A DNA stretch of 63,671 nucleotides, counting the filler, from Octopus bimaculoides (Eukaryota), in the NCBI RefSeq assembly GCF_001194135.2. It is 5 parts of 5 records of this genome, joined end to end, with 100 filler letters (N's around TTAATTAATTAA, not from the genome) between each part and the next. Parts side by side here need not be neighbours in the genome. Positions count along the whole stretch, not along the records: positions 1 to 23,165 come from NC_068999.1; 4 more parts are not named here. One strand, 5' to 3'. Positions 1 to 12,689 of the stretch are shown here, piece by piece (the first letter of the stretch is position 1; every line of letters starts with the position of its first letter). Under the pieces are notes generated by a model. It saw only the letters and a program-made list of their open reading frames with translations, made no database searches and was not told the DNA's origin. The translations under genes were made by a program, and so were the position numbers.

Positions 1-37
<37 letters not shown>

Positions 38-1056
38 AGCAGAGTTAGCGGTTGGAGTAACCGTCTAAGAGATAAGAATATCCATTCTGGGCATGGGTAT
101 GCAAGTACACTTTGCTCATAGGGTACAGGTAATAACTGAATAAACAAAAGTTTATCCGCAATTCCAATTTAAATAAGTAGAAAACTTTTGATCAACAACC
201 AAACAAATTGACCAACATCAGTTAATTATATTTTAATACAAAACATAACATAACATTACATAACACTTCTTACAGCCGAAATATTCTTACGGTCTCTAGA
301 ATATTTCAGTAAGTACATCATCATGAAATTTCTACAGGTTTGGTTTTGGATAAATACTAATTAGCTCTATTTACGAAATCATAAGTACTATTTGTTTTCT
401 AGATATATTAGCGATACCTGTTTTACTTTAGCACTAGTTTTATCCTACTACTATTTATACAACATGAAACCCCTACATAAAGAGATAACCCATAAATTGT
501 TTCTCTAGCTCATTTGCTAGTCCACTCTTTTGCATATCAACTTCAAACTTCACACTGCAAAATGGTATGATTCTAATATATTGAGCCTTCTGGCCTCATC
601 TCGAGGCCCTGTTCTTTCCTCTTACCTCTTCCCTTCATTTATTTTATTTTATATATTTTTTGAATTTGTATTCACTCTGATGAAGCTCCATGTACTAGAT
701 CGAATGTGCTTTAAAGATGGCGAATATTATTTTCGGAATTTTCTTTGTAAGCACCGATTGACATCGGCAGCCAAAACGGTTAGTATTTAGATGCATATGT
801 TTGCTAGATCTAGTAGGTGGGTTACTGAACCTTTGCAGCATTTTGCTATTGTTTATATAAAAGTTATGAATTTTCAATGAGAAATCACTCATGATGAATG
901 CCTGAAAGGACTGAAAGCACTAAATGAATAGTTCTTATCCAAATCCTGACTACCTTCTTTTTCTTAAAATATAAAATCTGTATACCACTTCCAACAATCT
1001 CTAAATACATACATATATATGTACATATGTATATGTATATGATGTATTTAGCATAC

Positions 1057-2990
1057 AGGTAGGGGTTCACCAGGCCTCAGTTCTCAGTCCACTCTTATTC
1101 ATTATAGTCCTGCAGGCCATAACAGAGGAATTCAAAACTGTGTGCCCGTCGGAACTACTATATGCTGATGACCTTGCTCTTTATTATAGAATCTTTAGCA
1201 GAATTAGAGAAGAAATTCCAGGTATGGAAACAAAACCTGGAATCAAAGGACCTTAAAGTTAACCTAGCAAAGACCAAAGTTGTTAGTAAGAAAAAAGATA
1301 AAACTCTTTCTGTCAGGTAAATGGCTCTGCTCAGTATATAGGAAGGGAGTTGGAAGAAATTCCATTTGCTGCACCCAGTATAAACTATGGACACATAAGA
1401 GATGCAGTGAAATCACAGGTAGATTACAGATGTGCAAGAATAATAAACCCTAAGAGCACACAGGACTTAGATTCTCTCAAATGCCCAGGAGGCTCTCTTG
1501 CAGTTATAGATAGTTTCTGTTACCTAGATGACCAAATCAGCAATGGTAGAGGATGTTCTGAAAGTATTGGATGGAAGAAGTTCAGAGAGCTATTAACTCT
1601 GTTGGCAACAAAAGGACTCTCTCAGAGTGAAAGGTAGACAATATGAAGCTTGTGTGTGAAAAGCTATACTCCATGATAGTGAGACATGGGCTCTGAATGC
1701 AGAAGACGTGTAGACCGGAGAGAAATTAAGGTAGTATACTCCAGTGGATGTGCAACAAAGTGCAAATGTATTGAGAGAAAAGTTGGACATAAGCAGAGTC
1801 AAATGTAGCATGCAAGAGAGAAGACTACATTGGTTTGGACATGTGATGTGTATGAATGAGGACAGCTGCATAAAGAAGTGCCAATCACTGAAAGTAGATG
1901 GTATGCATGGAAGAGGGAGACCCAGGAAGACGTGGGATGAAGTTGTAAGGACCGATCTCAGGATGTTGGGCCTCACGGAGAAATGATAATGGACCGAGAT
2001 GTCTGGTGAAATGAAGTTCTTAAGAAGACCTACCCACATCAGCGAAACTGAGTTCTAGAAGCACTGTGTGTCCCACCCACACTTATGAAAATTTCTCACA
2101 CACTCTACCCCAACAAACCATATTACATCTCTTCTCTTCCTCACACTTCCACTTTATGCACTAGGCTTACTTCCCACTCTGCAATCGTGTCCTCTTGGCC
2201 CTGTGCAACTGTATCATTGCTATCTGCTAGCTTCCGACCTGCGTGTTCCACCCACATACTGTTACACTGTATCATTGCATATGCCTGGCACTTTGCCACC
2301 ATCTCTATCCTGTTGTCTCCCTCTCTCCTTCTCCTGCACTTCCCTCAGGTTGGGTAACCATGTATTTCCTTCCCTCAGGTTGGGTAACCACGTATTTCCT
2401 TCCCTCAGGTTGGGTAACCACGTATTTCCTTCCCTCAGGTTGGGTAACCATGTATTTTCTCCGTCTTCATTCCTGATCTCTGTCTTCATTCCTGATCTCT
2501 GTATCTCTCTCTCTCTCTCTTTCTCCAGCTAGGTAACCTTGTACCTCCTCTACAGCAAGACACCTGTTTTTGTCTCTCTACCTCACTATAACCTTTCGAT
2601 ATCTGACACAAGATCACCTCCTCACATGCCCCCTCCCCTCTCAAAAGAGTATTTTTTTGGTCTTGCAAGTACTTGGTGACCCTGTCAGTGCAGGTGTCAC
2701 TTAAAAGCACTCAATCCACACTGTAAAGTGATTGGTATTTGGAAGGGTATCCAGCTGTAAAAACCTTGCCAAAACTGACCTTGCTTGTGCTTGTTCCACA
2801 TAAAAAGCACTAAGTCCACTCTGCTGAGTGGTTGGTGTTAGGAAGGACATCCAGCTGTAAAAGTCCTGCCAAAACAGTTACAGAAGTCTGGTGCAGGCTT
2901 CTGCCTGGCCATCTCTTGTCAAACCGTCCCACCCATGCCAGCATGGAAGGTAGACATTAAACGATGATGATGATGATGGTGATAATAATG
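1057..2990 (+). mobile_element. 5'-truncated RTE-clade LINE (RT C-terminal half plus 3' tail), degenerate
   Basis: GVHQ.SVLSPLLFI and LLYADDL motifs at ~1065-1175, RLHWFGHVMCM / RGRPRKTWDEVV, tail ending ccatgccagcatggaagg...(GAT)n; many stops and frameshifts. Confidence 0.9.
2339..2458 (+). repeat. 30-bp minisatellite x4 inside an RTE 3' UTR
   Basis: cttccctcaggttgggtaacca(c/t)gtattt(c/t) repeated four times. Confidence 0.9.
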
Positions 2991-3299
2991 ATATCTATGT
3001 ATGTATGCATGTTTGTATGTATGTGTGTGCATGTGTTGTGTTTGTCTCTGTGTTTGTTGTTGTCCCCACCACCGTTTGACAACTGGTGTTGGTTTGTTTA
3101 TGTCTCCATAACTTAATGGTTTGGCAAAAGAGACTGATATATAAGTACAAGGCTTTAAGAAATACATACTGGGGTCATTTCAAGGTAGTGCCCCAGCATG
3201 GCTACAGTGCAATGACTAAAATAAGCGAAAGATAAAGGATAAAAGAAAATTCCATTGTACTTACTCCACTATCATTATATATAACTCAACTCCATTGGT

Positions 3300-3630
3300 C
3301 ACGAATGACCATGGGTGCACCTAAGAGGGTACAAGTCTGGGCGGAAAGTTGCCTCACTGACAAACACACAACCTAGGGTTGTTTTCATGGAAGACTAGCA
3401 GTCGCCCAGGCATACCAGCCTTCCCTCTTCACGCCACCAATGTTATCCAGGAGAAAGGCAAAGCTTGGCACCAGTAATGTTGCAACTCATTTCTACAGCT
3501 GAGTGAACTGGAACAATGTGAAATAAAATGTCTTGCTCAAGAACACAACATGCAGCCCGGTCTAGGAATTGAACTCACAACCTCACAATCATAAGCTTGA
3601 CACTCTAACCACTGAGCCATGCACTTTCAC
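3300..3630 (-). mobile_element. tRNA-derived SINE (CpG-decayed copy of the 27209 family)
   Basis: Minus strand tggctcagtggttagagtgtcaagc...gagttcaattcc. Confidence 0.8.
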
Positions 3631-4899
3631 TCATTTTATATATATATATATATATATATAAATAAAGCAAATAAGTAACAAGGCTGTCCAGGTATCAGTG
3701 CATTACAGCCATTTCAAGCGACTCCATTTAACCAATCAATGCAAGCATTACATCAATTTGAAATAAACTGCTCTCCTTGGGTGCATACAGCTATATAGAT
3801 TTCCAACATACAGGATACTCCATTGTAATTTTTTAGCAAATTTTTCATCAGTGCTAGAGATTAAAATAATTACATTGCTTCTTTTTGCTATTATTGTAGC
3901 AGAATGAATTTAGGGAAAAAATACTTAAAGCCTATTGTAATTTAGAGCAGCAGAAGAAAATAATGATGGTCAAGAAAGAAGAATGGTGATATGGCTACAT
4001 TCATCATTATTCTTATCACATTCAAAAGACCCAGTGCAGCAAGTAGTCTACTTAGAATTAAAATCATTGGGAAATGACAGATAAATTCTTGCTGTTGGTG
4101 ATAAATTAATTAACGTCAGATATTCTTCTCTATCCCTTTTAACTGTGACCATAAAATCAGCCTACATAAAAGAATATGTCTAAGAAGATGCTAGGAAAAT
4201 GATGATATACTGAGACGAGGTGATAACCAGAAAGAGGAAGGGCAGGGGTGAATTAGAATATTATGATTATCAACTAAAAGGGGGCTAAAATGGAAAACAA
4301 AGGCGGTCACAATGAGATTTAAGTGTGGGAATTAAAAATACGGGGGGTGGGGGGGTGCATCCAAACTTAGCAAAATTTATATATTGAAATATTAAAATTT
4401 AGAAAAGGATTTAAGGACCAAGTAAGAGAAGAAGGATAGATAAAACAATCTAAGCCATATTTGAAATGAGGAATAGATAGACAGCTGACAACTGATGAAG
4501 GGNNNNNNNNNNAAGCCATATTTGAAATGAGGAATAGATAGACAGCTGACAACTGATGAAGGGTCCTTTCTCTGTGTTTACTTGTCCTGTTTTCCATTTT
4601 TTTCTCATTGTTTATGTATTTCATGTTGTTTGAACCGTTGGTGACGTCCTGCACCCATATATGCATGTGTGTGTATATATATATCATCATCATCATCATC
4701 ATCATCGTTTAACGTCCGCTATACACTATATATTATTTACTATTTATTATATATATCATCATCATCATCATCATCGTTTAACGTCCATTTTCCATGCTGG
4801 CATGGGTTGGACGGATTGACTGAGGTCTGGAAAGCCAGCGGCCACACCAGGCTCCAATATATATATAAGTTCATAAAAGGAAAACGACAAAAAGAACAA

Positions 4900-5070
4900 C
4901 AACAAAAAACAACAACGTGAGGACGTGATACAGATTGTGTTACTGGATGCTCAGGAAAGGAAAGAAAGAGAGTTTGACATTTCGAGCGGAGCTCTTCGTC
5001 GGAAACAAAGGAAAGTCCAAAGAAGGGAAAGACGGAGGAAGAAAAAATTGCCAACGATATCCACGAGGTT
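4900..5070 (-). mobile_element. Penelope-type terminal repeat remnant carrying a minimal hammerhead motif
   Basis: Minus strand reads GTTT-CCGACGA-A-GAGC(TCC)GCTC-GAAA-TGTC-AAAC at 5006-4972. Confidence 0.6.
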
Positions 5071-5071
5071 A

Positions 5072-5166
<95 letters not shown>

Positions 5167-5439
5167 TATATATATATATATATATATATACATACATATA
5201 TATATATACATATATGTATATATACATATATACTATATATTATTTTCTATTTATTATATATATATATATATCATCATCATCGTCATCATCATTTAATGTC
5301 CGTTTTCCATGCTAGCACGGGTTGGACGTTTTGACTGATGTCTGGAGAGTCAGCGGCTGCACCAGGCTCCAATCTGATCTGGCAATGTTTCTACAGCTGG
5401 ATGCCCTTCCTAATGCAAACTGCTCTGAGAGTGTAGTAG

Positions 5440-5755
5440 GTGCTTTTTACATACCACCGGCACTGGAGCCAGTCAGGGGATAATGGCATTGGCCACGTTC
5501 GGATGATGCTTTTTATGTGCCATCAGTACAGGGGCCAGTCAGGCAGTCCTGGCATCAATTGCATTTGGATAGTGCTTTTTATGTGCCACTGGCATGGGAG
5601 CCAGTCAGGGGGTACTGGCATCAGCCACGTTTGGATGGTACTTTTTACATGCCAACGGCACGGGAGCCAGTCAGGGGACACTGGCATCGACCATGTTCGG
5701 ATGATGTATTGATCATGTTTGGATGATGCATTGACCATGTTCGGATGATGCATTT
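5440..5755 (-). repeat. ~63-bp tandem repeat in an inverted RTE tail
   Basis: tgctttt(t)ac/at...ggagccagtcagggg...tggcat...ccacgtt.ggat repeated ~4 times. Confidence 0.75.
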
Positions 5756-6479
5756 TACGAAATGACATATATAGTGCAATTATAAAATATAAATAAATAT
5801 AAATACCATATTGTATTATATTATACCATGATTACTGTAGAGAGAAGTTACAAACTCCTTCACAATCTATAGAAATTATACCAGTATGTATGAAGGTATA
5901 TAGATATACAAAATACAATAATATATAAGATAAAAGAACAAATAAAATTAAATTAAAATGAATAAAAGGAAAAAATATTTGTATAAAATTTTGATAAAGA
6001 ATTTATAAAATGAAAAAATAGAAATAAAGATAAAAATTTTACATTTCAAATGCCATAAAATATATACCAGATATAAAAAGAGATAAAAGATAAAAAATAA
6101 GGTTAAGTCAAGGTATTCATAACAAAAGCTAATTATAAAATAAACAAAATAAGATAAAGATACCATTGGAAATGGTTTTATAAAATATTTGTAAAATATA
6201 TTGTTACAGGCACAAATGTATGTAGAATCATAACAGTTCCTAGAGGGTATATAATATACTTAAGGGAGGTGTAAGATCTGGTAATCCATTGTAAATATAC
6301 TTATTATGACTGATAAGGAAGAAAATCTTGGAACCAAAGGGGAAATAGTGTAATTTAAGTATAGGAGGAATGCAGATTAAACAGGTAGGGGTTATAAGAG
6401 GGAAATATTATGTATAATTCCATACAATAGAGGGTATGTTATGAAAGATATGACACCCCAGATAATTTCTGCCACCAAA

Positions 6480-8510
6480 TCATAGTATGATATATATAAT
6501 ATTATTTGTTTCTAAAATATTTGAAGGTACAGGTGATCTTATGCATACAAGATACTCTAAAGTCTAATCTATTATTAATTAGGTTATTCTTATCTCTATA
6601 CTTAAAAACTTTATAAATTTCCATACAACATAGTTTGCATCCATATTGGCTATCTTTGTATGGCTGAGCTCCCTGTACTATATCCTATTTAAGGATAAAT
6701 TTACTATTGCTATCTCTAAGTTCCCAGATTTTACTAGATAATGATGTACTGTTAGCTTTACGTCTAAGTCAAAAAGATGAAAGATGGTTATTAAGCCACT
6801 TCTTCATATTTATCGAGCACTCGATGTAAATAAAGTTACAAGTTTCAGTCCTTACTGTACATTTGTAAACAACACTTTGGGCTAAACAACAACCTAATAA
6901 CAGGCATTGTGATCTTACCCTACAATTGCTATTATTATTATTATTATCATCATCATCATCATTATTATTAATAGTAGTAATACTTCTATCATTTATAGTA
7001 TCATTCAAATTTGTTGTAGTATTATCAGGTGTTGTGTCAGTAATACCTGAATTATTATATCTAGTGGTACCACTGTTTATATTAGTTCTATTGTTCTGGA
7101 TTCCTATATATCCACTATTATTTTCATCATTACAGGGGTTTTAAACACTATTGACAATATTATTATTACTAATCCCCTAAGCTAATCTTATATTTCTTCT
7201 GTTAGATCAGGCTATAATAGTACTTATATTGGGAAGAGTGGAATATGAGATTCTGATTGTCTTACGGGAGATTTTATTGTACTTATGAGAAGCTGGGAAC
7301 TTTTTTTCTAAAACTGCCATAAATTTATTGTATATATTAGTAGATATAGCATAGTTAAAAGGAATGCTATACCAGTTTAGTTAAAAGGAATGTTATACTA
7401 GACTACATTATTATTTCTCGAATTCTTATGTTTATGAAAGTGGATCCTATCAATTCTTCTAATACCTTTAGAACTCTCTATTTGATTATTAACTATGGTC
7501 TCATTATCGGTATTTATGTTATCATGAGATCAGGCTCCATTCATCTCAATCATATCCATACTATTATTATATATATTAGACATTTTATCGTCCGTAGATT
7601 CTATTTTCTTATTGTTATATATCTTATTCATTGATTTAATAGGTATGTTAGAGCTATCCTAGTAGGTCTATCTGCTTGGCTATGTGGGCTATTGTTCCTA
7701 TTTTCCCTTCTATTTTCATTACAATTCCTAGTAGGTATCTAACTTTCTGAATTAAGGAAAGCAATCTCCAGATTATAACCTGCTTTAGAAAGAGCAGAGT
7801 TATAGGAGAGGATGAATTAAATATATCCCTACTGATTTTAATACATTAGGGGGATGATTAGAGGATTTGTTCACATACCTAGTAACTTCATCCAGTTTTC
7901 TATAGGGGTAATATAAGCCAGAGTTTATATCTAAAGTAGTGTCTAAGAAGTTAGCTACCTTCCTGCCGTATTCAAAAGTGAGTCCTAGGTTAAAGATTTT
8001 GAAGAATTTTCTGATTTTTTTCTGCATTCTTTCTATGACGGTTTTCCTATTACTAGGTATAATGAACAAAGCATCATCCCTATAAAGACCACCCTGCAGT
8101 TCAGGGATTTCACTACTAAGACACTTTAAGAGATATGCACCAACCAAATCAATAATCTGGGCCAAGTCACTTGAACCCATAGCAATATCAAAATTATTAA
8201 CCTACCCTCAAATTCTATGATAGCTTTCCTAGCTAAAAGAATAATATCTATTTTGATCCTAGTTGTAAGAGAATAGGGGAGATGCTAAAATAATAACTTA
8301 TGATATCAAAATGTATAAACAAGTAATTACTTACATTTTCAGTAGATGTGAAACTGTATTACTTCATCAGTATTGCACCATAATTTAAGAGATGAATTAG
8401 GAATTATTAGGGGTAATATCATATCAAGAATAGATTTACTAAGTCGACCAATATCTGATTTAGTCGGGCAAATAAGTTTGAAGGATTGTCATGAAAATTC
8501 CTTTTGTGGT
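6480..8510 (-). mobile_element. Penelope-like element (RT plus GIY-YIG endonuclease), degenerate
   Basis: CPTKSDIGRLSKSILD (~8440-8490), GLYRDD, NFLDTTL, YVNKSSNHPPNVLK (ORF 7800-8180); GIY-YIG SVVYKCTV...NHLSSF...SKIWELRD...CKLC (6500-6930). Confidence 0.9.
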
Positions 8511-9649
8511 CTTTGAGTATATATATAATATACTATGAGTCTTTGTGTCTATATATACAAAGACTCATTCTTTTACTTGTTTCAGTCATTTGACGGTGGC
8601 CATGCTGGAGCACTGCCATAAGGGTTTTTAGTTGAAGAAATCGGCCTCAGGACTTATTCTTTATAAGTTTAGTACTTATTCTATTGGTCTCTTTTTGCTG
8701 AACCACTAAGTTATAAGGATGTAAGCACACCAACATCGGTTGTCAAGCAATGATAGGGGGGGGACAAACACAGACACAAAGATACATACATAAATATATA
8801 CATATACATATATATATCAACCCATGCTAGCATGGAAAGCGGACGTTAAACGATGATGNNNNNNNNNNNNNNNNNNNNNNNNNNNNNNNNNNNNNNNNNN
8901 NNNNNNNNNNNNNNNNNNNNNNNNNNNNNNNNNNNNNNNNNNNNNNNNNNNNNNNNNNNNNNNNNNNNNNNNNNNNNNNNNNNNNNNNNNNNNNNNNNNN
9001 NNNNNNNNNNNNNNNNNNNNNNNNNNNNNNNNNNNNNNNNNNNNNNNNNNNNNNNNNNNNNNNNNNNNNNNNNNNNNNNNNNNNNNNNNNNNNNNNNNNN
9101 NNNNNNNNNNNNNNNNNNNNNNNNNNNNNNNNNNNNNNNNNNNNNNNNNNNNNNNNNNNNNNNNNNNNNNNNNNNNNNNNNNNNNNNNNNNNNNNNNNNN
9201 NNNNNNNNNNNNNNNNNNNNNNNNNNNNNNNNNNNNNNNNNNNNNNNNNNNNNNNNNNNNNNNNNNNNNNNNNNNNNNNNNNNNNNNNNNNNNNNNNNNN
9301 NNNNNNNNNNNNNNNNNNNNNNNNNNNNNNNNNNNNNNNNNNNNNNNNNNNNNNNNNNNNNNNNNNNNNNNNNNNNNNNNNNNNNNNNNNNNNNNNNNNN
9401 NNNNNNNNNNNNNNNNNNNNNNNNNNNNNNNNNNNNNNNNNNNNNNNNNNNNNNNNNNNNNNNNNNNNNNNNNNNNNNNNNNNNNNNNNNNNNNNNNNNN
9501 NNNNNNNNNNNNNNNNNNNNNNNNNNNNNNNNNNNNNNNNNNNNNNNNNNNNNNNNNNNNNNNNNNNNNNNNNNNNNNNNNNNNNNNNNNNNNNNNNNNN
9601 NNNNNNNNNNNNNNNNNNNNNNNNNNNNNNNNNNNNNNNNNNNNNNNNA

Positions 9650-10105
9650 GGGCTGTATTATTCTCAGCTACTGAAACACCTCCAAGAAGCAATCAAAGAA
9701 AAAAGGCCGGGAATGCTCACCAGGGGAGTCCTTTTTAATCACGACAATGCTCCAGCCCACACCTCTGTGGTTGCCATGGCAACAATTCATGATTGTGGAT
9801 ACGAGCTTGTTCCCCATCCGCCTTACTCGCCAGACTTAGCCCCCTCTGACTTTCATCTATTCCCAAAAATGAAAAAAGCCCTGGCTGGTCGCCATTTTGC
9901 CAGTGACAATGACGTCATAGATGCTGTAGGAAGTTTCTTGGAGTCTCAAACAAAAGAGTTCTTCTACACCAGGATAATAGCACTTCAGCACCACTGGAGA
10001 AAGTGTTCAGCCATCGAGGTGGACTATGTTGAAAAATAAATCATCAGAAGTCTTGTACTATGTTTTGTTTTTTTGAGGCTCAAGACTTTTCATACACCCC
10101 TCGTG
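9650..10105 (+). mobile_element. Mariner transposon 3' part (DD34D C-terminus plus TIR); 5' part lost in N-gap
   Basis: HDNAPAH, PHPPYSPDLAPSDFHLF, WRKC...DYVEK*, then terminal cttttcatacacccctcgt. Confidence 0.92.
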
Positions 10106-10302
10106 TATATACAATAGGCTTGTTTCAGTTTCTGTCTACCAAATCCACTCACAAGGCTTTGGTCAACCCTAAGGTGCCGTGCAGTGGGACTGAACCTGGA
10201 ACCATGTAGTTGGGAAACAAGCTTCTTACCACACAGCCATGTCTTTGTGAGTAACACTTTAGTATTTGAAGCTGTTGTATTTGTTCCAATTTATAAGATT
10301 TA

Positions 10303-10653
10303 CTAGCTGACCCTCTGCTGTCAAAAAATGACGGCTAATTGTAGTATTTTATATATAAATAAGGTACATAATAATCACACATACATAGTTACATACTTCC
10401 TTTGTACACGCACACACATATACTCACACAAAGTTGAAATGCTATTTGATTTTTCTTTTCAGTGTTGAATGTTCACTCACACATACAAACATTCACATAC
10501 CTCCCTTTTTACATAAACACACATATACTCACACAGAGTTGAAACGCTGTTTGATATCTTTTTCACCCCTTCCTTCCTCATTCATCTATCACCCCTTCCT
10601 TTCTCACTCATATGTTGTGATGGAGAAAGACACAAGTGTATTATTATAGTAGA
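10303..10653 (-). mobile_element. Non-autonomous Helitron (351 bp)
   Basis: On the minus strand: 5' TC, 3' CTAG, inserted between host A and T with no TSD; hairpin ccgtca-tttt-tgacag ~12 nt before the 3' end. Confidence 0.7.
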
Positions 10654-11637
10654 TACTTTCTGAATCATTAGACACAAGCTGGAGTTGTTCTGTTCACTTT
10701 TTGCATTTGTCTCATAATGCTTAATGAAATAGTTTTCTAAATTATCCAACAGTGTTTCTACTCTCTTCCTATAACAGTGTCTCTACTTAGTTCTGTTTGC
10801 TTTCTTTTCTTATCTTATATACAATAAAATGCAATGAATCTGTCATGCTGGACAAGGGAAACTAAACCAATAAACGGAGTGGGAGTGAGTGACAGTCAGA
10901 GATGCTAAATGCAGGTGAACTGTAATGAGATGTTTTGCTCTAAAGTCGTTGGTATTTCAATTAAATAAAACTAAATTGTTATTGTAAATTATATTTATTT
11001 TATCAATTTCATACACACACACACACACATATAAATATATATGAAATTAAATATTAAACTCTTTTGTTTTCAAAGTATTATAGCTCAAGTGATGGTTGGG
11101 CTCAGAAAGCGTGCAAAAAGATGAAATTGTCACTGGAGCCTATTCTATGTGAAGTTGTGATAAGTTAGATTTTGTTGATCACATGGGTAATATTCAAGCA
11201 AATTGCAATATCAGATATAGTGATTGGATTGCTGAAAATTCCTGCTACACTCCCATTGTTTTGATGCACCATTTTCTATCATTAATAGAGCCGTCTGAAT
11301 TTTTGACGACACAGGTATGCTTGTAGATTATATAATGTTTATAAGATGGTAATTATTGCACTAAAAGTATAACTTAGCTCTTATATCATTATAACTAAGA
11401 TAGTATATGAAAATTAATTTGTACAAGGCAGCTATCACTAACAGACATGCTAACTTTATCCTATTTGAATGATGCAATTTTATGAATATAAATGAATAAT
11501 AAAATGCAATGAGATTTTTTTATGAAGAATAACTTATTAAATCTCACCAAAAATTACTGAAATATAGAATTTGAAAAGTGTGCTTTTTTAATGAATTTTC
11601 TTAGGGAATAAAATCAGAAATCTGAAATACTACTTAC

Positions 11638-11728
11638 AGATTGATCATAAGCTCTATATGTACAACGTAATTCCCCTGTAAAAGCATCCCACAAATGGAC
11701 TGGATTATTTTTGGATGTACTAGCTAAG
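11638..11728 (-). CDS. WRAP53: WRAP53 internal exon, 91 nt
   Basis: ctgtctttgtag|C ... TCT|gtaagt; translates [30 protein letters not shown], matching WRAP53 [30 protein letters not shown]; phase compatible with the 12470 exon. Confidence 0.95.
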
Positions 11729-12050
11729 CTACAAAGACAGAAAGAATTATAAAAATATTGTTAGTGAAAAAAAAATCATAATTCAGAGAATATATTTTTA
11801 TTTATACATCACTAAAAACAATAATGGAGTTGAACTCTCTAGAGAGAACAATGGATTATGGTATTAACCCAACTAGATCCACTTAGCTTCAATATTGTTA
11901 AATCATAAACTGACTGAAACTATTTTAAGCAAACATGAAGTCCAAATTTATTCATTCAGTAGTGTAAGTTTGATTATGAGTATCCACATATAATAATTAT
12001 GAAATACCCATACAACAAATCACTGAATGATACTGCTGCTGCTGCTAGTG

Positions 12051-12095
<45 letters not shown>

Positions 12096-12469
12096 ACTCG
12101 TGTTCCTAAATGAACATTAGCAATACCACTTAGCCAGAAATAAGAATTGTATGAACCAAAACATTACATTTTTTTCTTCTCTTCAATGCATTTATTGTAA
12201 TCAAATAACTGGTCAATTAAATAATACTTTTATATTTCTCAAAAGAACAACAAATTACACTTAAAAATACAATTATTTTCCATAAATGTTCCACAAATTT
12301 TTATCAAATTCCTTTTTTAGTAGTTTTTTTTACCAGTATAAAATCATGACTGATTGTTAGCCCAAATAGCAAATATTCAGAAAATGAGTTCTATTGGAAT
12401 ACCTCATGGTACAATGTTACGGTATCAATTCAGAAACAAAGGAATCAGTCTACAGTCTAAAATGCTCAC

Positions 12470-12558
12470 CAACAAGTGTCTGGATAAGCTGATGACATTC
12501 CTGGATACCAGCAGTAGTCATAAATTGTTCCTGATTCAAACATCTTCAGGACTGCATC
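12470..12558 (-). CDS. WRAP53: WRAP53 internal exon, 89 nt
   Basis: tttcatag|GAT ... TG|gtgagc; translates [29 protein letters not shown](C), matching WRAP53 [28 protein letters not shown]; phase 0 in, phase 2 out. Confidence 0.95.
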
Positions 12559-12689
12559 CTATGAAATAGAAAATATTACCAAAGATAGACATTTTTTTAA
12601 TCTTCATAATATCTTTATATCTTCAAAATAGTTTTTGTGTGTGGCAGATGCACACATGCAATAAACACCAAAGATGTACAGAAAACAGA

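Noticed and set aside
290-330. Minus-strand LLKYSRD peptide recalling FAM91A1
   Set aside because: Flanking residues and exon structure do not continue the match; likely chance.
495-558. Minus-strand exon-like VKFEVDMQKSGLANELEKQF
   Set aside because: No recognisable family, not WRAP53-like, and an in-frame stop just upstream in the putative preceding exon.
677-715. CTGATGAAGCTC...GATCGAAT hammerhead-like string
   Set aside because: GAAA core and stems I/III do not match; too degenerate to support.
4451-4563. 51-bp direct repeat around a 10-N gap containing CTGATGAAGG
   Set aside because: Unmerged contig overlap; no downstream GAAA core, so not scored as a hammerhead.
8817-9692. Long ORFs spanning N-runs (also 38304-38891, 61675-62583 and others)
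   Set aside because: Artefacts of translating gaps.
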